Source: a virus (lineage: Duplodnaviria > Heunggongvirae > Uroviricota > Caudoviricetes). From it: a stretch of 24,790 nucleotides of DNA. The notes below the pieces were generated by a model that saw only the letters and a program-made list of their open reading frames with translations, was not told where the DNA came from and ran no database searches. The stretch is taken from IMG/VR virus record IMGVR_UViG_2711768033_000002; one strand, written 5' to 3'. The translations under genes and the position numbers were made by a program. This document shows, piece by piece, positions 18,817-24,790 of the stretch (position 1 is its first letter; each line of letters opens with the position of its first letter).

Positions 18817-19891
18817 CTTCATCACTCCTTAATCTGGCATCAACCACATTAATATTGATCGCCACAGGCTGGGGATGTTCATTATCCTCCACCGTTTCGA
18901 TCTCTTTGCGCAGCTTCTGGTTCTCTATTCTGCGCCGTTCAATTTCCAGTTCCTGTAGCCGCTTATCTGCACATAATGCCCCGCCAGCAGAAAGCAAACG
19001 CAACAATTCACGCCGGGCGGCAGCCTTATCCTCCAGCAGGATCTCAACACCGTATTTTCCGAGCTTTGACCCTGCATATAATTGCCGCGCATCCCCATCA
19101 AGCAGTGTGGTATCAGCCATATAAAGCTGTCCTGTTCCCTCACCGCAGCACTTCGGGCAATCAGGATTGGGTATGGCGTTATCAACAAAGCCGAGGCCTC
19201 CATATTCCGGCTCGGGTTTACCATCTCTGGAGGCCTGTGCCGCAGCCTTATCGAATTCTGCAATATCACGCCACTGGTAGAGATGATTCTCGCCCCAGCA
19301 ATAACGGCAGTTAACACGGCGAAATTGTGCCAACTGATTGGGGTCGGCCTGGACAATGGCCATCAACTGGCTCACCAGTAAATCCAGGTCTGCGGTATAG
19401 CGTTTCTGGTACTGATTGCGGAAGTAGCTGATAGCACGATAAACCCTGGCATTTCTAAGCATACGGCTGGCGTTGCTGTTAGCTGTCGCACCTTGCCCCT
19501 CATAACCAGCCAGTCGGTATGCCTCTGTCGGCTTTTTCCCCTGAGCAACCAACATGGCGAATTTTGCCTGCTGGTCAGAAATACCGAATTCATCGGGGCA
19601 GAACGAAATTTCTTCCGTGTCCCCCTCAATCAGGAGTGCATCGGATACAGCCTTTTTTTTCTGAGATTTTCCGTTCTGCCTTTGCGCAGTCTGCGCAGTT
19701 TTTTTTCGCGCACTTTTTTGCGCAGTTTTGCGCATTTCTTTCTGCGCATTTTTCGGAGTTTTTTTGATGTAACGACGGGCTGTTGCGTAGTTCAGTCCCC
19801 TTGCTTCACACCATGCCACCGGAGATATACCGGAGCGGGTGTATTCAGCAATATACTCCTGCTGCAACGCCCCCCAGTCCGGTCTGCTCAT
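18797..19891 (-). CDS. Terminase small subunit (extended N-terminal HTH, basic linker, C-terminal Cys cluster)
   Basis: 364 aa; AKFAMLVAQGKKPTEAYRLAGYEGQGATANSNASRMLRNARVYRAI resembles the Terminase_2 HTH signature; additional N-terminal HTH-like segment; CRYC and CPKCC motifs; AGGA RBS 8 nt upstream of the ATG. Confidence 0.72.
   Translation of the reverse strand: MSRPDWGALQQEYIAEYTRSGISPVAWCEARGLNYATARRYIKKTPKNAQKEMRKTAQKSARKKTAQTAQRQNGKSQKKKAVSDALLIEGDTEEISFCPDEFGISDQQAKFAMLVAQGKKPTEAYRLAGYEGQGATANSNASRMLRNARVYRAISYFRNQYQKRYTADLDLLVSQLMAIVQADPNQLAQFRRVNCRYCWGENHLYQWRDIAEFDKAAAQASRDGKPEPEYGGLGFVDNAIPNPDCPKCCGEGTGQLYMADTTLLDGDARQLYAGSKLGKYGVEILLEDKAAARRELLRLLSAGGALCADKRLQELEIERRRIENQKLRKEIETVEDNEHPQPVAININVVDARLRSDEDDLSDA
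19683..19748. repeat. Array of palindromic TGCGCA hexamers separated by T-tracts, inside the 5' part of terS
   Basis: TGCGCA at 19683, 19692, 19719, 19729, 19743, plus CGCGCA at 19707; spacings 9-15 bp; intervening T5-T8 runs. Confidence 0.5.
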
Positions 19892-19894
19892 CAG

Positions 19895-20146
19895 TTAGTC
19901 CTGATTTTTATCCACCCTGAGTAGTTCGCGCAGAGCAAAGGCATCCCCTTTTCTGGCAAGCTTAAACAATGCCGCTCGTAACTCGGCTTCACCTTTCGCT
20001 CTGCCCTTACGGATGGCCGCATAAAAATCTGTCATTGCTTCCCGATTTTCTTTCAGTCGGTTCAGATCAACATCCAGAACGTCAGCGATTTGTTGTGCAG
20101 TCATCCGGCACGCTGCCAGAGACTCGACTTTCGAATACGGAATCAT
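19895..20146 (-). CDS. Small hypothetical protein, possibly DNA-binding
   Basis: 83 aa; ATG 20144-20146 preceded by GGGGGTG at 5 nt; stop is 3 nt before the terS ATG; overlaps the 3' end of the GT-like gene by 65 nt in another frame. Confidence 0.5.
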   Translation of the reverse strand: MIPYSKVESLAACRMTAQQIADVLDVDLNRLKENREAMTDFYAAIRKGRAKGEAELRAALFKLARKGDAFALRELLRVDKNQD

Positions 20147-21014
20147 TTGTCACCCCCATTGATATGCAGGGTGTCTTCTTCCTGTATTTTTCGTGAAGGA
20201 TTTTTACTGCAGCGTTGTTCCAGGTGACCTGATGGTGAATGCGTTTATGGCTGGCACCCATCAGTGAGATTTTTACGCACGACGGCGAATACATGACGGA
20301 GTAAAAACTTTTAACGTAGGTTCCGGAATCCAGATACAGCTCGGTCATTCCGCCGCTGTTTTTCTGCGTCTGTTTCTGCCCTAACTGGACAGCACCGATC
20401 GTCATAAACAATTCACCACAGCGACCGAGATTCGTGTACGTATTCACATCCTCGTTAATGCGCCCCATGAATGAGAACGGTCGATCAACCGAACAGATAA
20501 AGCTGTTCATTGCCTTGCGTTTCACCCACGAAGCATGGCCGCCATTGTCACCAAGAAAATCCCCGCCCTGCGACATAGCGATGGAAAGCGCGGGTATTGA
20601 TTCGTAATACGCCAGCATTTCAGAAAGGATCGCATCCAGTTTCCTTATCGGGAAATAGGCCTGGTCATAGTTGCGATCCACCCGAAACTGGAACTCGTGA
20701 TAATCATCATCGAGCTGAATGAAGTATTTACACCCGACCAGTTTTGCCAGGTCGAAACAGGCATTACGGGCGTAAAAAATTGAGCGGCGATCACCAAAAT
20801 TATCGGCTTCGTCAAAACGACTGGCAATATCGGCTTTGGAAAATACCAGCACCTGTTCACCAAATTCAGCCATGTACTGATGCCGTGTCTTATCTTCATC
20901 ATCAACAACGATAAAAATTTTCCCGGTATAGCCAGCACGACGCAACGTCCGGTAAGTCAGAACTTTGTCCGGTCGCCCGTGAGTCAGAATAAAGGCGCAA
21001 AAATCATCACGCAT
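20082..21014 (-). CDS. Soluble GT-A fold glycosyltransferase candidate
   Basis: 310 aa from ATG 21012-21014 (MRDDFCAFILTHGRPD...), with GGAGGAGGAGGAGGA immediately upstream as SD; the track start at 21038 is an alternative. Motifs KIFIVVDDED and KYFIQLDDDY are spaced like GT-A DxD motifs; no TM segments. Confidence 0.6.
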   Translation of the reverse strand: MRDDFCAFILTHGRPDKVLTYRTLRRAGYTGKIFIVVDDEDKTRHQYMAEFGEQVLVFSKADIASRFDEADNFGDRRSIFYARNACFDLAKLVGCKYFIQLDDDYHEFQFRVDRNYDQAYFPIRKLDAILSEMLAYYESIPALSIAMSQGGDFLGDNGGHASWVKRKAMNSFICSVDRPFSFMGRINEDVNTYTNLGRCGELFMTIGAVQLGQKQTQKNSGGMTELYLDSGTYVKSFYSVMYSPSCVKISLMGASHKRIHHQVTWNNAAVKILHEKYRKKTPCISMGVTNDSVFESRVSGSVPDDCTTNR

Positions 21015-21801
21015 ATTCCTCCTCCTCCTCCCCGCCATGCATGATCTCCACCATGCGCTGCGTCATTCGGACAAATCCATTTTCAATAGCCTGCTGATAA
21101 TCAATGATCACCAGCGCCGACTCCTCGAAAAGGCACTGAATTTCAGCGGGGGCATGAGCGTAATAGTCCGCAATTCTGCTGAAATTAAACACTGTGTGAC
21201 GTTCTGCCGCACACAGGAGGAATTTCTCAATATCAGGATCAAGGGACGCCGAACGTATCCGGCTGATCAGCTCCTGAGTTTTCGTATCGTCGTACAGTTC
21301 ACTGATATCCGGTTTACCGCCCGACGGCTCATAAACAGGCGTATCAATTTTCGTCGTATACGGCTCCTCCTCATTTCCTGTACCGGGCAAAACATCCGTC
21401 AACAGTTCATCAATTTCTGTCGGGATGAAGCCTGTCAGGGAGACATCAAAATCAGCATTGATTAGGTCCGACAGCTCCATCCGCAACAGATCTTCATCCC
21501 AGCCAGCATTCATCGGCAGGCGATTATCTGCCAGGCGGTACGCCTTTTTCTGCTCATCCGTCAGGCCAGACAGAACAATGACCGGAACAGAATCCATTTT
21601 GAGCATTTCAGCCGCCATAACACGACCGTGACCCGCAATAATTTCGCCCTTTTCGTCAATCAGCACCGGATTAGTCCAGCCGAATTGCTTAATACTTTCT
21701 ACCAGTTGTGCCACCTGCTCAGGGCTGTGCGTCCTGGCGTTGTGCGCATACGGTGACAATTCTTGTAATGGGCGATAGACTATCTTTAATTTCTCGCTCA
21801 T
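21007..21801 (-). CDS. ParB-like nuclease-domain protein
   Basis: 264 aa; N-terminal KIVYRPLQELSPYAHNARTHSPEQVAQLVESIKQFGWTNPVLIDEKGEIIAGHGRVMAA fits the ParB/Sulfiredoxin (ParBc) signature including GHGR; acidic C-terminus GGEEEEEYA. Confidence 0.8.
   Translation of the reverse strand: MSEKLKIVYRPLQELSPYAHNARTHSPEQVAQLVESIKQFGWTNPVLIDEKGEIIAGHGRVMAAEMLKMDSVPVIVLSGLTDEQKKAYRLADNRLPMNAGWDEDLLRMELSDLINADFDVSLTGFIPTEIDELLTDVLPGTGNEEEPYTTKIDTPVYEPSGGKPDISELYDDTKTQELISRIRSASLDPDIEKFLLCAAERHTVFNFSRIADYYAHAPAEIQCLFEESALVIIDYQQAIENGFVRMTQRMVEIMHGGEEEEEYA
21017..21031. repeat. (TCC)5 trinucleotide repeat
   Basis: Plus tcctcctcctcctcc; on the minus strand it encodes the EEEEE tail of the ParB-like protein and forms the GGAGG SD (or RRRR codons) for the downstream GT-like gene. 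Confidence 0.6.
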
Positions 21802-21828
21802 ACAGCCTTGCTTTATGAATAAAACGCA

Positions 21829-21852
21829 CCCCAGCAGCCAGTGCTACTGGGG
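21829..21852 (-). terminator. Putative terminator downstream of trkG
   Basis: Minus-strand CCCCAGTAG cactgg CTGCTGGGG (8 of 9 bp paired) followed by TGCGTTTTATTCAT; about 80 nt after the trkG stop. Confidence 0.4.
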
Positions 21853-21938
21853 ACGGAGGGGTTGCTGGTAAAGTTAGGTATTGGATCAATGAGTGAGTCA
21901 ACATAATATTAAACTCACAATTATAAATCAGCCATATA

Positions 21939-23396
21939 TTAGGAGCGCCAAAAAAAACCTGAAAACAATATAATAACAGGATAAATTTCAAGGCGACCAA
22001 GAATCATAGCTATGCACATTAAACATTTTGCAATGTCATTAAGCACTCCGAATGACGATGCAGTAGCCCCAAAACCTAATCCCATATTATTAATACATGC
22101 AGCCACTGTTGCAAATGATGTAAGAAAATCATATCCCATACCATTTAACACCAGTATAAAAAACACCGTGAAGAGAGTATAAAGAAAAAAGAAACTCCAT
22201 ACAGACCTCATTACACGATCTGTAACTATCTTCCCTCCTACATTTACACTCAACAACGCTCTGGGATGAGAAAGCTGATTTATCTCGTGTTTGCTTTGTT
22301 TGAAAAGTATAAGAAATCGAAGTGACTTAATTCCACCACAAGTTGAACCTATACATCCCCCAAAGAAACTTGACAACAGCAAAAACACTATCGTGTGCGT
22401 GGGCCAACTTGCATAATCCTGCGTAGCTAAACCATTATCAGTGAGCATGGAGCTGGCAAGAAAAAACGAATGAATAAAACTTCCATGCAAGTCATACATA
22501 CCTATATGCCAGACCTGGAAAGAGGTAACAATGATCACCCCTAAGGCTATTAACAGAAAGAAACGAAGTTCAATATCTCTGATTAAAGGTTTTATCGTTT
22601 TCCTGCTAATAACAATATACCAAAGAGTGAAGTTGAAAGCCGATAGCAGGGAAAAAGAACCAGCCACCAGCTCAACCAAATAGTTATTAAAATATCCGAT
22701 ACTCTCGCTATGAGTTGAGAAACCACCAAGCGAAACTGTGGAAATCCCGTGACAAATAGCATCAAACAAAGGCATTCCTGCAAGTCTATAACAGACAATA
22801 CAAGCAATACCTAATAAAGAATAAGTTATCCACAGTGTCCGTGACGTATCGGCCAGGCGGGGAGTGAGTTTGTCATCCTTAAATGGCCCCGGCATTTCTG
22901 ACTGATAAAGCTTTGCACCACCAATACCCAATAATGGCAATACAGCAACCGCCAGAACAATAACTCCTAAACCACCTATAAAATTTAACTGTGACCGATA
23001 GTACAAATATGCCCGAGGTAATGAACTAACATCATCAATTACAGTTGCTCCTGTTGTTGTTATTCCAGAAACCCCTTCAAACAGAGCATCAATGAACGTT
23101 AAATTAAGTTCTGAGTCAATCCATAAAGGGAATGCACTAATAACAGAAAACAAAATCCAAAACATTACAATTATAATAAACCCATCACGGGTACGTAATT
23201 GAATGCCAGATTTCTTAGTTGTATACCACGCTCCGCCACCAATGCAAAAAAATATAACGAAAGTTATAAAGAAAACGAACAGGCTTTTTTCTTTATAAAA
23301 CAATGCTACAACCATTGGTGGCAACATTGAAAGACTATAGAGCCAAACCAGGAACCCACACATATGAGTAACAACTCTTACATGAGATGTATTCAT
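21939..23396 (-). CDS. trkG: TrkH/TrkG-family potassium uptake membrane protein
   Basis: 485 aa from ATG 23394-23396 (MNTSHVRVV...); many TM segments; four TrkH-type filter motifs (SGITTTGATV, LGGFSTH, GGCIGSTCGG, NMGLGFG); markedly AT-rich; the prophage context matches the known location of trkG in Rac. Confidence 0.85.
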   Translation of the reverse strand: MNTSHVRVVTHMCGFLVWLYSLSMLPPMVVALFYKEKSLFVFFITFVIFFCIGGGAWYTTKKSGIQLRTRDGFIIIVMFWILFSVISAFPLWIDSELNLTFIDALFEGVSGITTTGATVIDDVSSLPRAYLYYRSQLNFIGGLGVIVLAVAVLPLLGIGGAKLYQSEMPGPFKDDKLTPRLADTSRTLWITYSLLGIACIVCYRLAGMPLFDAICHGISTVSLGGFSTHSESIGYFNNYLVELVAGSFSLLSAFNFTLWYIVISRKTIKPLIRDIELRFFLLIALGVIIVTSFQVWHIGMYDLHGSFIHSFFLASSMLTDNGLATQDYASWPTHTIVFLLLSSFFGGCIGSTCGGIKSLRFLILFKQSKHEINQLSHPRALLSVNVGGKIVTDRVMRSVWSFFFLYTLFTVFFILVLNGMGYDFLTSFATVAACINNMGLGFGATASSFGVLNDIAKCLMCIAMILGRLEIYPVIILFSGFFWRS

Positions 23397-23533
23397 ATCT
23401 AAATATTCTTTCAATTATAACCACCTTGCTGCAATATTATGATTATACTGTATAAAATTTAACTCCTCTTAGATCTTACTTCACTGTTCCTTATGAAACA
23501 ATCATCAAAATGAATCATATTGTAGTTAAGATT
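23397..23533 (-). promoter_or_regulatory. AT-rich putative promoter region for trkG
   Basis: Minus strand has two TATAAT hexamers (cagTATAATcat and ggtTATAATtga) within 50 nt of the trkG ATG; no good -35 match was found, so this is tentative. Confidence 0.3.
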
Positions 23534-23998
23534 TTACTTTAAACACTGCTCGGTTATGTATTGCTGAGCACCTTCAAGTTGGGCCTGCATCATTACCAGT
23601 CGTTCCCGGAGGGTGAAATAATCCCGTTCAGCGGTGTCTGCCAGTCGGGGGGAGGCTGCATTATCCACGCCGGAGGCGGTGGTGGCTTCACGCACTGACT
23701 GACAGACTGCTTTGATGTGCAACCGACGACGACCAGCGGCAACATCATCACGCAGAACATCATTTTCAGCTTTCGCATCAGCTAACTCCTTCGTGTATTT
23801 TGCATCGAGCGCAGCAACATCACGCTGACGCATCTGCATGTCAGTAATTGCCGCGTTCGCCAGCTTCAGTTCTCTGGCATTTTTGTCGCGCTGTTCTTTG
23901 TAGGCGATGGCGTTATCACGGTAATGATTAACACCCCATGACAGGCAGACGACGATGCAGATAACCAGAGCGGAGATAATCGCGGTTACTCTGTTCAT
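23534..23998 (-). CDS. Rz: i-spanin Rz
   Basis: 154 aa from ATG 23996-23998, forming an ATGA overlap with the endolysin stop; N-terminal TM ([16 protein letters not shown]) and coiled-coil periplasmic domain; TAA at 23534-23536. Confidence 0.85.
   Translation of the reverse strand: MNRVTAIISALVICIVVCLSWGVNHYRDNAIAYKEQRDKNARELKLANAAITDMQMRQRDVAALDAKYTKELADAKAENDVLRDDVAAGRRRLHIKAVCQSVREATTASGVDNAASPRLADTAERDYFTLRERLVMMQAQLEGAQQYITEQCLK
23593..23778 (-). CDS. Rz1: o-spanin Rz1 (lipoprotein), nested inside Rz in another frame
   Basis: 61 aa; lipobox VVGC followed by TS; Pro-rich (PPPPP, QPPP); fully embedded in Rz. Confidence 0.8.
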   Translation of the reverse strand: MRKLKMMFCVMMLPLVVVGCTSKQSVSQCVKPPPPPAWIMQPPPDWQTPLNGIISPSGNDW

Positions 23999-24492
23999 TG
24001 CTGACCCCACAAACAGATTTCACGCTCAATCTCACGACGAGTCATGAGACCTTTCCATTGCTTACCGCCAGCATATGTCCAGCGACGTAGCTGATCACAT
24101 GCGCCTTTGATATCGCCCTGGTTTATTTTGCGAAGAAGCGTCGATGTTCTGAAATTGCCAGCACCCACGTTGTAAACGAATGAGTAAAGAGCGCCGCGCG
24201 TTGTTTCCGGTATATCGACTTTGATGTACGGGTTAATTTGTCTGGCGACCGTGGCAAGGTCTTTATTCAAGAGTGTTTTGCATTCTGCTTTGGTATACGT
24301 TTTACCGAGCATGATGTCTTTTCCTGTATGCCCGTGACATACAGTCCATACACCAACAATATCTTTGTATGGTATGTAGCTGACACCTTCCAGACCATCG
24401 TTACCACTTGGGCCAGTGATTAACACTGATGCTATAGCAATTGCTCCGCCACCAATAGCAGCAGCAACGACTTTTCGTAATGATGGAGGCAT
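23995..24492 (-). CDS. R: SAR endolysin (T4-lysozyme-like, phage 21 R type)
   Basis: 165 aa from ATG 24490-24492 ([27 protein letters not shown]...); Gly/Ala-rich signal-anchor-release segment followed by a lysozyme core; the 9-codon track extension is encoded by IS2 sequence and uses TTG. Confidence 0.88.
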   Translation of the reverse strand: MPPSLRKVVAAAIGGGAIAIASVLITGPSGNDGLEGVSYIPYKDIVGVWTVCHGHTGKDIMLGKTYTKAECKTLLNKDLATVARQINPYIKVDIPETTRGALYSFVYNVGAGNFRTSTLLRKINQGDIKGACDQLRRWTYAGGKQWKGLMTRREIEREICLWGQQ

Positions 24493-24790
24493 AGACTGGC
24501 CCCCTGAATCTCCAGACAACCAATATCACTTAAATAAGTGATAGTCTTAATACTAGTTTTTAGACTAGTCATTGGAGAACAGATGATTGATGTCTTAGGG
24601 CCGGAGAAACGCAGACGGCGTACCACACAGGAAAAGATCGCAATTGTTCAGCAGAGCTTTGAACCGGGGATGACGGTCTCCCTCGTTGCCCGGCAACATG
24701 GTGTAGCAGCCAGCCAGTTATTTCTCTGGCGTAAGCAATACCAGGAAGGAAGTCTTACTGCTGTCGCCGCCGGAGAACAGGTTGTTCCTG
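24492..24790 (+). mobile_element. IS2 (IS3 family) end carrying the orfA start, truncated by the window edge
   Basis: TAGACTGGCCCCCTGAATCTCCAGACAACCAATATCACTTAAATAAGTGATAG from 24492 matches the IS2 terminal inverted repeat as I recall it; followed by orfA. Confidence 0.85.
24583..24790 (+). CDS. insC: IS2 orfA (InsC-type transposase/regulator), 5' partial
   Basis: ATG 24583-24585; [69 protein letters not shown]; runs off the window end. Confidence 0.85.

Noticed and set aside
19640-19760. Short repeat array in terS considered as a possible CRISPR or satellite repeat.
   Set aside because: Repeat units are only 6 bp with irregular 9-15 bp spacing and no spacer-like unique segments, and the region is in-frame coding sequence. 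It is better explained as a protein-binding array (see findings).
21719-22000. 93-aa minus-strand ORF spanning the trkG 3' end and the trkG-ParB intergenic region.
   Set aside because: It overlaps the trkG coding region in another frame and the putative terminator; its sequence is hydrophobic low-complexity, as expected from an AT-rich frame.
24432-24626. 64-aa minus-strand ORF across the IS2 terminal repeat, and the 9-codon N-terminal extension of the endolysin ORF (24493-24519).
   Set aside because: Both are encoded by IS2 terminal sequence; the endolysin extension starts with TTG and has no RBS. The native endolysin N-terminus (MPPSLRK) begins at the ATG at 24490-24492.

Overview
The window is almost entirely the late (lysis, packaging, head, tail) region of a lambdoid prophage, with every convincing gene on the minus strand, plus the left end of an IS2 element at the right edge. 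Reading 5'->3' on the minus strand (high to low coordinates): IS2 end, SAR-type endolysin R, nested spanins Rz/Rz1, an AT-rich trkG potassium-transporter moron, a ParB-like nuclease-domain protein, a GT-A-like glycosyltransferase candidate, a small protein, terminase small and large subunits, portal, MuF-like head morphogenesis protein, scaffold, major capsid protein, four head-tail joining proteins, major tail protein, tail assembly chaperones G/GT with a -1 programmed frameshift, tape measure protein, then lambda-like M, L, K, I and J. The trkG context (between Rz/Rz1 and a ParB-like gene) matches what I recall of the Rac prophage of E. coli K-12, so this looks like a more complete Rac-like element; that is recollection and inference, not a database result. 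The best candidate for an undescribed system is the ParB-like plus GT-A-like gene pair between trkG and terS. Other points worth follow-up are the IS2 insertion abutting the endolysin start codon, a TGCGCA palindrome array inside terS (possible pac site), and compositional mosaicism in the tail module. Protein identifications rest on recognisable motifs and recalled similarity to lambda/P21 proteins; no searches were run. Plus-strand ORFs in the track are antisense artefacts apart from the partial IS2 orfA.
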